Positions 36,416 through 49,924 of a stretch of DNA of 64,000 nt are shown piece by piece. The notes below the pieces were generated by a model. That model made no database searches. It was not told the origin of the DNA and saw only the letters and a program-made list of their open reading frames with translations. Source of the DNA: Octopus bimaculoides (Eukaryota); the NCBI RefSeq assembly GCF_001194135.2, contig NC_068989.1, positions 80,976,375-81,040,374 of the forward strand, given 5' to 3'. The position numbers and the translations under genes were made by a program. Every line of letters begins with the position of its first letter. Position 1 is the first letter of the stretch.

Positions 36416-39400
36416 CTTTAAAATTCTTTTGAGAAAAAAATGAAAAATTTAGTAAAATAACATCTTTATTAAACTGGTGTTTCAAACAAATCAATATGAA
36501 ATTTTGATGGGAAGTTTAAATTTATATCACTTTAAAAATAGGAAGTTTGTATTCTAGAGCCAGGAGCAGTCTCAGGTGAGTATCAAAAGGGGTTAACTAG
36601 TAAAGGTAAGGTATTAAAGTTTAGGTAATAACAAACACGGCTAACATGAACAGAGTATATAGTTTTAAACAATTAATAAAATATCTCAGTGGTAGGAGGA
36701 ATAATTCCCTTATTCAACAATTATTTCCTAAAAGAGAAAATTATTCTGCAAATGAATGAGTATCTTGATAATGTTCTTTCTTTAGTTTAACCTTACCTCA
36801 TGAAAAAAAAAAAAAAAATTAATTATTGCAGCTAAAACTTTTGTTGCAGTATACCTCAAATGACTTACACAATTTGATGGTAGCTTGTTAAAAGATTTGC
36901 AAGCCAAAACATTGGATATCTCAGGAATTGCCATGAATATCAGATAAAATATTGTGTTTATTCAAAATGTGAAAGAGATTTTAAATAGCTATTCTATAAC
37001 AAAACCATTCCACAATGATGCTATATAAAACAAAACCCCTTTTCTACGTGCACATATATAAAGTAATATATATTGCATGTGCATATAAACATTAGTTTTT
37101 TCTGGGGAAATAGCATTGGTTACGACTGATTAATGAAGTATTTTAACAACATACAGGTTATCTAAATTTTGAATAAAATTCTTTTCAGATCTATCATACC
37201 TGTCTTACACTCTTCAAATTAGGTATAAACCTTTGTAAACTTTCTGTGAGGTACAGAAAATGATGATTTAACAAACATCATTCAAATAGATGTTGTTTTA
37301 GTTTTATTACAAAAGACTAAAATATAGATGTCTCTCAGAGCACAACTTGCTAAGTGATTTACCATTAAATAATATTCATTCCTTCAGTTTCTACATAACC
37401 ACTGGTAATACCAATTGCTAATTAAATAATAATAAAGTTAATAAACTTCTAGCATTAACTGATCTTAAATAATTAGAATCCCATATACAGAGTTTATCTT
37501 TAAAGTTTCTTTTGTTTTGTTTTTGTTTATTAAATACAACAGTAAGAGCAAATAACAATGATCAACAGAAGATAATCTTTTGATAGGATAGGAAACAAGT
37601 ATGTTTTGATTTAAATATTTCATGGAGCTAAATAGTTTTTCTATAACATACATAAAGTTTGTTATTTCATAAACCAAAGCTTGGAAAGCATAAATGGCAG
37701 GGGAGAGAAACACTAATTCATTAAACTAATATCTACACTAACAAAATATTTCTTTTGTCAGACTTATTAAGTGAAGAGGAATAACAGGTTGTGACATTTC
37801 AGGTCTTTACTGAGTATTATTTAACAGTTTAAACACCTCTGTCTTTAAACTTGTTATGTAAACCAGATCACAATGTGATATAAATTCATGGCACCAATGA
37901 TAATTACTTCTTACTTTAGCAAAGGGTTATACATGTTGACAGGAGTGTATATGACTTAACTAAACCCCAAACCCACTGCATTCCAGTGCTCTTTTCATAA
38001 ACTTTCAAAGGATGAAAGGCAAGTTTGATTTCGGCATAAAGTAAACTAAGAGAGCATAAAGGAATGTAACTAAATACCTACCATATTTAGTCCTGTGGTC
38101 TACAAATGCTACCTTTGACACAAAGCCATGAATTTGTCAAGAAGGGAATAGGATCAAGTGAATTGAACCCAGTACTTGACTGGTACCTCACCTATCTTTT
38201 TTACCAAATCAGAACATAATGCAATGAAATAAAATATTGGAAAAGCATTTAATTCAGTGTTGTAATGTTTCTGCCACACTAGCTTACAGACATACAGCAA
38301 ACTCTTCTAGAGCAGAAGCTGAAACATTTGCTATTTTCATCGGTCAGTATCTATGTACTTAACCTCCTCTCTAACTAACTTGAGTTATAGACCAACATGA
38401 TGAATCCTCCCTTCACCCTACATTTCATCTTTGCTGAAATATCACAGTATTATTGTCATTGAATATACTGAGCCCTGGTACATAAAAACCAACATAAAAT
38501 TTTAAAAAGTAGCTGATAGACATCTATAGAGCCGAGTGGCCTCAATTTCCACTCAGCTCTATGGACATTCAAAGATAAACACAAATCATTTCCAAGAGGG
38601 ACAGTTACTTGGAGAGGTTACCAATCAAGATATTGGTGGCTATAACAAAGAATCATCTTTCCTTATGCCATGTCTTCTTTCTTCTTAATAAAGGAAATTT
38701 TGAATTCTTTCCTATGTCAAACATCAGAGTTAAGTTGCCTTGAAGAAGTTTAGTGAGAAGCTTGTGTATCTTACTATTTAATAAGTTACATTTAGTATAT
38801 GCTCCCTGCTTCAATCAAACAAACCTACAACACATTTTCACTCATGAACAATCTATGGTTTAAATCATCACACACCATACACATGCCAAACCTATGTTTG
38901 AAACCATTTAGACTCTATATATCAAACTTAGCTGAAACAACACTACAAAAGCTGGATTCCTTCTTTAGAGCCACTACAATACTTAACACTAAGTAAGTCT
39001 AACCCTTTATACTAATTACAAATGTGTCTCATGCATTTGGAAAGGTAAATGATACATACAAAATTCCTTGGTAGCATCCAGGGCAAAGTTATCTGTACCT
39101 GATTGCTAAGTCCATGCTTGTCTCTTCAATTGTTACAAGAATGGCATTACTATCCACACCTAAGCCCACTCGACACCCTTTGACTGGCCACACAAAAGCC
39201 ACTGTACTTATATGTTCAATCAAGCTTTGTTAGAACTACGCCTTCTTGGAACTCATTCCCTGTTCATATTTCCCTTCACCTCGAAACCTATGAATCAAAT
39301 TAAATGTTGACTGTGCTGACATCACCCCAGGAAGGGCCTAACAAAGACAGTCACTGGTCTTATCAAACTAATAAATAAAAAGAATATTAATTCCAACAGT

Positions 39401-41003
39401 AAAATGATCCCTAGAGGATATGAATACAGTCACAGCAGGTTTATTTATTTACCAAACTGTAGTTTACTGATGTATAGCAAGCAGTTGATATGTGCAAAAG
39501 CAGATGAGCGCATATGTTAGTATTCAAATGAGATATCAAAAACAATCAAAAGGAAAAAAAAATCATTTGTTAAAATAGTATAAAAAAACAGAATGTTTTA
39601 TGACAACATATGCTGATTGGCTTATGTTTTCAGCTCTTTCTTAAAGTTCAGTTCTATTTAGATTGATAAAGATATTAATATACAGGAAAATAAAATAAAA
39701 TGTCACAAAAACACTTTTAAAAAACATTTTCAAAGTTTAAAGACAGAAAGAGAGAGTGTGAGAGAAGCAGGAATTAAAGACATCCACACATTTTATAAAG
39801 AGAGTGAGAAAAACAAAACAAATTCAAAAGTTATGAAGCCAATGACCATTGAAAAAGCAGAAGTCAGACATTTAATATAAAACATGCGAAGAACAAAAAG
39901 TATTTGATGTAAAAAAAGGAAAATGTTGATAGGATATATGCAACAATAACCAAATGTGATCAACCATTTTTTTTTGTCTTATGCTATTGTGAAGATGAAA
40001 ACAATTTCATTGCTGTATAATGACCTACGCAGGTCTTAAGATGCATATATTTTAAATGAAAACCTGAAAATATTTATGAACCAATAATTGAAAATTTGCT
40101 ATTCATTTACTAAACTAAAGTGTGAAAGTCACGCAGATGTGAAACAATACACAAGTAATAATAATAATTAAAAAAATAAGGCCTGAAGGAGTAAGGGTTT
40201 AGTCAATTATATCAACCCCAGAACTTGACTGATACTTATATTATTGATCCTGAAAAAAACGAAAGGCAAAGTCAACCTTGGCAGCATTTGAACTCGGAAT
40301 GTACAGCTAGAAGAAATACCATTAAGCATTTTTGTTGGTGTGCTAATGATTCTGCCACCTTGCTGCCTTAGAAATACTCATTAAGACTAAACTAAATTGT
40401 TTGTTAATTGGTGGTTTCAGTACATCACATTGTGTGGAATTATGAAAACTCATGTGTTTCTTTAATCAAGTGGCAACATACAAAAAAAAATGACTGCCAA
40501 CACATTGTTATTCAAGATAATATTGATTTCTTGTGAATCTTTAATCAAGTCAATTTAATTTTACAGCTATTTCAACAAAGGTATACGAAGCAGGAAACTA
40601 AGTTACTAAACTAGATTTCATAAGGCACTGCCATCTTAATATCTTAGCCATCTTCATTATTGATTGTAACATAATAATATGACTTTGATAATAATATGGA
40701 TGTTATACATAACCATGAAGCTTCAGATTTTTAGAAGATAATAATGATATGCAATAGTTAACCTTTTTTCCTTCTCAAAAATATTATAAACTGGTATGAT
40801 GCTGGTTACAGATTTCATATATCACAAACATACTATCAAACAAAAGCAGTAAATACTGTTACAATAAAAAATCTAATTTGCTTTTCTTTTTTTTTTTTTA
40901 TATAGAAACTTCATTCCATAACTTACACATTATATAATGATATATGCACAAAACATTTAGGATATTTCTAAAACATGAAGAAAACAATAAAAGTTTTCTT
41001 CTC

Positions 41004-41400
41004 GGTGCAGGCATGGCTATATAATTAAGAAGCTTGCTTTACAACTACATGGTTTCGGGTTCGGTACCACTGTGCAGCACCTTAGGTAAGTGTCTTCTAC
41101 TGTAGGCCTGGACTGACCAATGCCACGTGAATGAATTTGCTAAGTGGAAACTGTGTGGAAGCCTGTTATGTGTGTGTGTGTGTCTTTGTGCTTGTGCCTG
41201 TCATCCCACGTCCACTGCTTGATGACCAGTGTTAGTTTATGTCCCTGTAATTTAATAGTTACAGGAACATAAATCAGTAATGGATATCGATAAAATACCA
41301 GACTAAAAAATAAGTACTGAGATCAATTTGCTTGTCTAAATCCTTCAAAGCATTGCTCCAACATGGCTGCAATCCAATGACTGAGACAAGTAAAACATAA
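41004..41400 (+). mobile_element. Family A SINE, full length
   Basis: ggtgcaggcatggct head through gagacaagtaaaacataa tail, colinear with 4152-4560. Confidence 0.85.
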
Positions 41401-42923
41401 ACACAGCTTTTAAGTTCTTATTATCAAACAGAAGCAATAATGATAGCTGCTAAAACCTAATATGAAAGTGTTCCCCAAACTTCAGTTTTCAAACAACAAA
41501 CTATTACATTCTGACTGAATTATTTTATGTTTATAAAAATATAATTAAAAACTTAATATTTGATTAGATTCACCTAAAGCATTAGATTTTTAAAGAAACC
41601 AAATAATGCTACATGTGTTTTTTAAGATCATTAGCACTATAAACGAAAGGTTTCAACTAGTAAATGAAACTTGGTCACAGAATTAATTCCCTAAGAGACT
41701 CCAAACACTAGCCACTTGATTAAACAGTGACCATATATCTCTTAAAGCTCATTGAATTTACCTTTTAACTAGTATGACATTTTGCTACTAGGTTTCCTTA
41801 TTGTGAGCCTTAAGGATTCTGAACTGTAGCAAAATATAATAAAATAAGAAAATGAATAGTCTTGAAGTAATCAATCACAAGATATATTATGTGATTTAGT
41901 ATAACTAAAAGATATTAGATATCTAGGAATAACCACTTCATAAGAAAGTCATAATTACAACTGAAATGATAAATAATGAAACAAAACATTCAGTTCAGAA
42001 CTAAAGTTGTGTCGACTAAATTCTGTAACGTCAGATGATAAAAAACTAGGTGGTAATCAAATGATCTAGTTACTTCCAGAAATAATTAGTTTTGAATTAA
42101 TAATGCCCTCCTATCAACAAAGTGTTTTTATTTATTAGTATACAGACAATGTGAGTGTAAATTAATATCCATAATCATTTCTTCATTATGCGAAAAGAGA
42201 GCATCAAACTTGTCATAAACAATATAAGCTAATAACATAAATTCAAATGAAATTGATATAGAATAATTAGTCACATGTAACAAATGAACATAATTTAATC
42301 TAATTCTTCATGTCTTTCATAATTAATAAAGAGTAAGGTTTAAAAAATATCAAGAGATATTAAAAAAAACACCTCAGACTTAGCAATATAATTTGAATAT
42401 CAGTCTACAGTTTACAGAATATAATCACTGATTTTTATTCAAGCCATTTGAGCGGACTTTAGAAATCCCAAATTAAAAATGAAAAATAAAACTAGGAAAG
42501 TAATTCACTGTTATAAGAGTAAAAAAGTCACAGCCAGGGCAGAAACTATGACAAATATTGAACTAAAAATCATTACAATATGGCAAAACTTATTGCAAAT
42601 TGCAATAGACACATTTGTGTTGTAATTTGATTTTTAACTATTTTACTCTCTTAACAGTGATACAGCAATCTCAACACCTAGATGATTATGAATGCAGTTT
42701 TTTTTTTTTGTATTAAACAGCAACAAGATATCTTTTTAATACAAAGATAATTCTAGCATTTTTAACAATGGAGAAACCCTAGCTATTTGTCTTAATACAA
42801 CCTCTTCAAAAATAATGATTATACCAAGTTTTTGCTCTCAAGTAAAGCACAAGAAATCCAAAGGATTTTTAAGTTGATGGATAAGATTACCAGTTACAGT
42901 AAGATCTAAAACACGGCACTCAC

Positions 42924-42971
42924 CGACAGGTGTATGATTGAAAGTATTATAGCTGTCCATAGAAATACCCA
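42924..42971 (-). CDS. DPF: Probable 48-nt internal DPF exon in the linker upstream of PHD1 (x-GISMDSYNTFNHTPV-G/A)
   Basis: On the minus strand: ctaac branch-like motif, then pyrimidine tract ctttttcttcttaactttctgcatcatcaccag, a 48-nt exon open in phase 1, and donor CG|gtgagt. Phase 1/1 splices in frame to both 32704 and 33301. No homology support for this linker peptide. Confidence 0.7.
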
Positions 42972-44323
42972 CTGGTGATGATGCAGAAAGTTAAGAAGAA
43001 AAAGGTTAGTAAATATATCCTCTAAAATTTAATCAAGTGATGTAGAAAACCAAGAAATAGTCAAGAGAACAAGAGAATAAAAGTGTTTGGAATTACAATA
43101 ATATTAATAATCAGCTCTTGACATGTAGAAGAGTAGAATTATCTGTGACCAGGTATAACATTAAAAAAATAATTATCAATAAGAACAATAAAGAATGCAC
43201 AAAGCTACCAAGCTAGAGTCTAAGACTGCTGCAATGATGTATACAATAAATAATTACATTTAAGAAACTTTATATCTAAAAGCATTTTTTTTTTAAAGTT
43301 ACAATACAAGAAAGAGCAGGTAAAATGATTTTTACTTATTATGAAAGAAGTTTTGTTTCTAGATGTATATAATAGTATTTTGAAAATGAATGAAAATGGA
43401 TTACATCAATAAAATACATCTAATTACAGAAATGATGTTATTAGTTAACAGATTCTTAGCATCAACTTGATATTCTGTGCAAGAAAACCAAAAACCCTGG
43501 AAAATGTAATAAAGATCACAAAAATAAAGAAAAGAAAAAAAAAAAAAGGAAAATGTGAAGATGGTAAGATAGTTGAAGCAGAAAGAATTTGGAGAAAAAA
43601 AATGCTTTTATATAATGACTTTAGATAAAACACTGATCACTAAATTTAGAATGTTAACTCTCAAACTGCATATCCTAAACTTAAACATACTACATAATAC
43701 ACTGTTCCTTCTAGATTCTCAGAGTAGACCACTGGTCTGGACTATATTAACAATGTTTGCTTATTTAAAGATTGTAGTCTTAAATATATCAGGTAACACA
43801 ATAAGCTCTCTTACATACACTATATGCATGAAAGCTGAAAATACAATGAGGTAGGCAAAAATGAGATTGCATGTAGTAAATTAATTTATATTTCCTCTAT
43901 CAACATTAGTAACAATAGTGCAAAACAGCTCTATTTAATAACATTTTAACACTATGATCAAATAACCACAAGATGCAAATACTGCAAGATCACAGAGAAT
44001 GCGGTCACCAGAGATTTGTTGCTTTAAAACAGTATCATAAACATTATAGGTTTCTGAATTAATAAGACTTATTTTTCTCATTAGCAGAAAATATTTTCTT
44101 CATAAAAATTTTGAAAAGCAATGAAAAACAAATATATTTTAACATTATTTTACATAAATCACATTACCTATTCTAAAGAAATCATCTTGCAAATTGATTA
44201 ACACATAATTAATATTTATATACATCTCCGTCTTAGCTTATTCAATTTTCAACATAGTTTAAAATGATGTTAAAGCTTTTCCAAGGTTAAGGTACGTATT
44301 TACCATTACATAGGGCATTACTG

Positions 44324-44593
44324 TGGAGGCGCAATGGCTCAGTGGTTAGGGCAGCGAACTTGCAGTCATAGGATCGCGGTTTCGATTCCCAGACCAGGCC
44401 TTGTGAGTGTTTATTGAGTGAAAACACCTAAAGCTCCACAAGGCCCCCGCAGGAGATGGTGGCGAACCCTGCTGTACTCTTTCACCACAACTTTCTCAGC
44501 CACTTGCACGTTAATTTCACGAGCAGGCTGTTCTGTTGATCGGATCAACTGGAACCCTCGACGTCGTAAGTGACGGAGTGCCAACAACAACAA
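44324..44593 (+). mobile_element. Full-length tRNA-derived SINE with (CAA)n tail and 10-bp target site duplication
   Basis: A-box TGGCTCAGTGG and B-box-like GGTTTCGATTCCC; ends gagtgcCAACAACAACAA; perfect TSD GGCATTACTG at 44314-44323 and 44594-44603. Confidence 0.92.
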
Positions 44594-45897
44594 GGCATTA
44601 CTGATATAGGATGGAACTAAAAAGAAACTTGGCTCTCCTCAACTCTACAGCTTTTCTCTCAATACCTCCTCTAGTATAATATCTCTTGTTGAATGTCCTA
44701 AATAAGCATTTCAGCCCAAATAGGTAACATGTTAATACAGTGTCACTACTGCTTAGAAAAATATGAGTTTTGCATATTCATATCTGTTCACAGATAAATG
44801 AACTAACACAATGAGGATTAAATATTATTTGCCAATCATATTCAATCAATTAGGGAAAAAAATTTCATTATATGCCTGCAGACACGGAATAAGTTGTACC
44901 TTCATAAAAAATATCATTGCCACATTAAACACACTGCTAGCTACAAGATTTTTTTTTCCTTTAGATCGTACAAGTATTTAAAAATATATTTATAAAAAAA
45001 AAAAAAAAAAAAAAACAATCTCCATTTCTGAAATTTTCTAAAGTCAATATATAAGAAACAAATTTTTTTTTCCTTGAATTTTAATTGCTAGAAAGAAAAA
45101 AAATCATTAACAGAAAAATAAGCTTTTTTATTTGTTTATGAATTTGTGTAAGATTCCTGATGTGAAACCATGTGTTGAAACAGATATTGTTCTATTTCGG
45201 GATGATGACCATCCCAAAATATAACTTTTTCTCTTTTGATAAAACATTANNNNNNNNNNCATTACACTGTTGGAATTCAACAAATGTAAGAACCATTCTG
45301 AAAGAAATTATATGAATGTGAGCATGTTTGTGTGTGTGTGTGTGTGTATATATATGTACACACAGATATATTTATATATGTACACACTAAGCATCAGACT
45401 AATATATTCACTGTGGATGTTCATTTGACTTTTGTTGTTTTGTTTTTGAATTTGCTATTTGTTACTGATTTGCATATATATATATATATATGCACACACA
45501 CACACACACACACATACATGCATATCCAGATATATACACATACATGTAAACAAGCAGAGTATGGCCGAATGGTTAAGAGATTTGCTTTGCAACCACATGG
45601 CTCCAGGTTCAATCCCACTTCATGCATCTTGGGCAAATGTCATTATCTATAGCCTTGGGTTGACCCATACCTTGTGAATAAAATTAGGTATAGAAGCCCT
45701 TCAGATGGATGTGTCTGGAAATTCAAAGGTACAACTATGTCATACACTGTACCACTGCTAGGGAATTACATTTACAGTTCAGCAACTTACATGCCAATTA
45801 CATGGGCAAGTAATTCAGTTCATTGAATAACCGAATGAATCCTCATCATCAAACTAACAGCTCCTCCCCTCCCTTCCTCTGTGTGTGTGTGTATACA

Positions 45898-46390
45898 CAG
45901 GGTGGCCTAAAAGTAGGTTTACAGTTATTCAACTATCTCTTTCGCATTCATATATTAACAGTTTAGATCTTAATTATCGAAAAAATATGAAACCATTATT
46001 CAGCAAGATGGGCAGCATCAAATGGCCACCATGTTCACCTGACACGACACCAATGGATTTCTTTTTTTTGGGTGTTGTAAAGAACAAGGTTTATGAGAAT
46101 AATCCCAAAACAGTAAATGAATTAAAAGATTACATTTCTGACGTGTTCACTGAAATTGATGGAGATCAGAATTTGTGTCACACTGTGTGTCAGAGTGTTC
46201 TGAAGAGGTTTGAAGAATGTTACAATGTTGAAAGAGGACATTTTGAGCATCTGAGAGATTAAACATCATCTGTTTAAGATGTGCATAAAACAATATGATT
46301 GTAAGATAGAAATTTAAATGTAATAAAATGTTTTAAAAGAAATTTAAAGTGTCTACGTGATAACTATAAACCTACCTTTGGGCCACCTTA
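45898..46390 (+). mobile_element. Non-autonomous Tc1/mariner-superfamily element with transposase C-terminal remnant
   Basis: About 30-bp TIRs CAGGGTGGCCTAAAAGTAGGTTTACAGTTAT / ATAACTATAAACCTACCTTTGGGCCACCTT in TA context. The ORF contains WPPCSPDTTPMDFFFLGVVKNKVY (compare WPPRSPDLxPxDFFLWG). Confidence 0.9.
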
Positions 46391-47371
46391 TATATATATA
46401 TATATATATNNNNNNNNNNNNNNNNNNNNNNNNNNNNNNNNNNNNNNNNNNNNNNNNNNNNNNNNNNNNNNNNNNNNNNNNNNNNNNNNNNNNNNNNNNN
46501 NNNNNNNNNNNNNNNNNNNNNNNNNNNNNNNNNNNNNNNNNNNNNNNNNNNNNNNNNNNNNNNNNNNNNNNNNNNNNNNNNNNNNNNNNNNNNNNNNNNN
46601 NNNNNNNNNNNNNNNNNNNNNNNNNNNNNNNNNNNNNNNNNNNNNNNNNNNNNNNNNNNNNNNNNNNNNNNNNNNNNNNNNNNNNNNNNNNNNNNNNNNN
46701 NNNNNNNNNNNNNNNNNNNNNNNNNNNNNNNNNNNNNNNNNNNNNNNNNNNNNNNNNNNNNNNNNNNNNNNNNNNNNNNNNNNNNNNNNNNNNNNNNNNN
46801 NNNNNNNNNNNNNNNNNNNNNNNNNNNNNNNNNNNNNNNNNNNNNNNNNNNNNNNNNNNNNNNNNNNNNNNNNNNNNNNNNNNNNNNNNNNNNNNNNNNN
46901 NNNNNNNNNNNNNNNNNNNNNNNNNNNNNNNNNNNNNNNNNNNNNNNNNNNNNNNNNNNNNNNNNNNNNNNNNNNNNNNNNNNNNNNNNNNNNNNNNNNN
47001 NNNNNNNNNNNNNNNNNNNNNNNNNNNNNNNNNNNNNNNNNNNNNNNNNNNNNNNNNNNNNNNNNNNNNNNNNNNNNNNNNNNNNNNNNNNNNNNNNNNN
47101 NNNNNNNNNNNNNNNNNNNNNNNNNNNNNNNNNNNNNNNNNNNNNNNNNNNNNNNNNNNNNNNNNNNNNNNNNNNNNNNNNNNNNNNNNNNNNNNNNNNN
47201 NNNNNNNNNNNNNNNNNNNNNNNNNNNNNNNNNNNNNNNNNNNNNNNNNNNNNNNNNNNNNNNNNNNNNNNNNNNNNNNNNNNNNNNNNNNNNNNNNNNN
47301 NNNNNNNNNNNNNNNNNNNNNNNNNNNNNNNNNNNNNNNNNNNNNNNNNNNNNNNNNNNNNAGGGATTGCA

Positions 47372-47907
47372 GCCTGGAGAGTTGGTTGGCCAGATGTTAG
47401 GGGTAATGTGGTCACAGAAATTGTCTGACATCCATGACTGGGCTCTCATGCTTGTGTGGCTTGGTGCAGAGTTCTGTTGCCAGACATAGGGTCTTCCAGC
47501 AGCCACCCTCTTGACCAAGGGCAGCACTACCTTCTCCAGGCACTTGATGTAGGCCTCCGTGTTGAATCTGAGACCATGTGGGAAGATGGCAGTATAACAC
47601 CACCATCACTAGTGATCATTCCAAACACCATATCGACTGGATGTTTGATTTTTATCACTCTCGGTACATGTCCTCAGATTGATATTCAAACATTCTGAAA
47701 TGTCTGTATTGGAGCTTCCAGTGTGACTACCAAGCAGTACAGCATGTTGTTTCCAAATTTCTGTCAGAGTGAACTGCATCATGGTGCTGTTTTTCTCACA
47801 GACGGTGCCCAACTGACCCTACTATACTGCGTAGTCAACAAAATCAAAAACAAACAATGCGCAAAATTATAAATATTGAATGGCAACAATTTATCCATCA
47901 AACCCTG
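47372..47907 (-). mobile_element. Deleted, frameshifted Tc1-like element (runs into gap)
   Basis: 5' TIR TA|CAGGGTTTGATGGATAAATTG at 47907. A DDE-type remnant MVFGMITSDGGV.../...VKRVAAGRPYVWQQNSAPSHTS...WPTNSPGCNP is joined to an N-terminal remnant. Confidence 0.88.
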
Positions 47908-47931
47908 TATATACATACACACACTATATAT

Positions 47932-47974
<43 letters not shown>

Positions 47975-48072
47975 CACACTCAGAGGTCTGTTTGTGTGTA
48001 TATACATATACACATAACACACTTGTGCATGAATGTATAAGAATACAGAAAGAGATAATGATAATTTGTACA

Positions 48073-48434
48073 GGTGCAGGCATGGCTGTGTTGTAAGAAG
48101 CTTGTTTCCCAACCACATAGTTCCAGGTTCAGTTCCACTGCAAGGCACCTTGGGCCGATCAAAACCATGTGAGTGGATTTGATAGACAGAAAATGAAAAA
48201 AGCCTGTCGTATATATATATATTTGTGTGTTTGTGTCTGTGTTTATTCCTCCACCATCGCTTGACAACTGATCTTGGTGTGTTTACGTCCCTGTAACTTA
48301 GCGATTCAGCAAAAGAGACTGATAGAATAAGTACCAGGCTTACAAAGAATAAGTTCAGGGGTCTATTTCCTTGGCTAAAAGGCGGTGCCACAGCATGGCC
48401 ACAGTCAAAATGACTGAAACAAGTAAAAGAATAA
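48073..48434 (+). mobile_element. Family A SINE with internal deletion
   Basis: Head ggtgcaggcatggctgtg and tail tgactgaaacaagtaaaagaataa. The actatagcctcg block is deleted relative to 4152-4560. Confidence 0.87.
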
Positions 48435-49429
48435 ATAACAGAAGCACCAAGCAAATAGATATATCTAAGCATATTTGAAGTTATTTACACTGACACCAGA
48501 GAAATGCACCTTTACTTTCAACTATAGTATCAATAGTTATCCATAATTAATCAACGCCATTAACGGAAATCATTTAATTTTAAATTATGTAAATCTCTGC
48601 ATGAATCCGTGCGTGTTTAATGAGTTTCTTTGCACAAAGAAATACAGCTAAATGGACATTTAAACAACTCTCTTTTAGTTCTTAAACTGAATAAACTAAT
48701 AAATATTTCAAAGATAACATTTCAGTCTTGTTATTGTTGCCAGAATATTTTACTAACAAATTAGTATTATCACCTTCTTTAAGCAAACTCATATTCCACC
48801 AAAACATCAGTGAATAACTTTACATACATACATGTATGTATGTATGTATGTATGTATGTATATATATATGTATGTATATATATATATATANNNNNNNNNN
48901 NNNNNNNNNNNNNNNNNNNNNNNNNNNNNNNNNNNNNNNNNNNNNNNNNNNNNNNNNNNNNNNNNNNNNNNNNNNNNNNNNNNNNNNNNNNNNNNNNNNN
49001 NNNNNNNNNNNNNNNNNNNNNNNNNNNNNNNNNNNNNNNNNNNNNNNNNNNNNNNNNNNNNNNNNNNNNNNNNNNNNNNNNNNNNNNNNNNNNNNNNNNN
49101 NNNNNNNNNNNNNNNNNNNNNNNNNNNNNNNNNNNNNNNNNNNNNNNNNNNNNNNNNNNNNNNNNNNNNNNNNNNNNNNNNNNNNNNNNNNNNNNNNNNN
49201 NNNNNNNGTCTCGAGCGAACACGACACAATGAAGTAGAGAAATTTGAAAAGACAACACGAAACCGGTTATTTCTCAAAATACAATGTTTATATACCAAAA
49301 AGATTTTATAACATTTTTCTGACATAATTTAAATATATATTTTAACCAAGTAACACAAGCCTTCTGTAGTTTTTTCACTCTTATTATCTTTTATACATCC
49401 AACCACGTGCTTTCACATACCAACTTTCT

Positions 49430-49477
<48 letters not shown>

Positions 49478-49857
49478 ATGATTTTCAGGTGTTTCATCAC
49501 CAAACGTTATCAGGGAGTTTTTCCCCAAGTGCTATCCCACAGTAAATATGGCAAATAAACAAAACACATATATGTGCAATCATTTATATAAAACGTTAGA
49601 ATAAGAATGGAGAGCTATACATCCACAAAGACTGTTTATTACAGTATTATATCCAGTATATTCACAGTAAATCTTTGGATATTTATGCAGAAGAAATGCA
49701 TGTCAGACAGAGATTTAATGTGAATATATTATGCATAATTATGTAATAAACAGAATTTGTGGATCTACAATTTTCCATTCTTATTTTAATGTGGTAAATA
49801 TACACTGTATATTGAATAAAATCAAAAGAAACAAACTCCTGTTGTTCTGTATCATTC

Positions 49858-49924
49858 GATGTGGCTATCCAGAACCAGGATTATACTAGAGTATAGTATA
49901 ATCTAGGTTCTGGCTAGCCATATC
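49858..49924. repeat. 67-nt near-perfect inverted repeat (hairpin)
   Basis: Arms GATGTGGCTATCCAGAACCAGGATTATACTA (49858-49888) and TAGTATAATCTAGGTTCTGGCTAGCCATATC (49894-49924) with a 5-nt loop. On the + strand the 31-bp stem has two mismatches and two G-U pairs. Confidence 0.9.

Noticed and set aside
39453-39522. Perfect TACTAAC branch motif on the minus strand followed by 14-nt or 4-nt candidate microexons
   Set aside because: Neither length preserves the phase-1 frame between the 48-nt exon and the downstream acceptors.
43440-43560. Very strong minus-strand pyrimidine tract with two AGs (ttttccag and ttcttgcacag)
   Set aside because: There is no convincing in-phase donor before stop codons, so no exon could be defined.
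44324-44400. tRNA-like sequence
   Set aside because: It is the head of a SINE that continues into a body and tail with a TSD, and it lacks a complete cloverleaf acceptor stem. The same applies to the family A and C heads.
46357-47527. Long ORFs of 347-379 aa
   Set aside because: They are almost entirely N-gap translation; the same applies to other X-rich and YI/VC/HT-repeat ORFs in the track.
49207-49320. TGAAG...GAAACCGGT pattern suggesting another Penelope hammerhead
   Set aside because: The core and stem II cannot be assembled convincingly, and the sequence is truncated by a gap.
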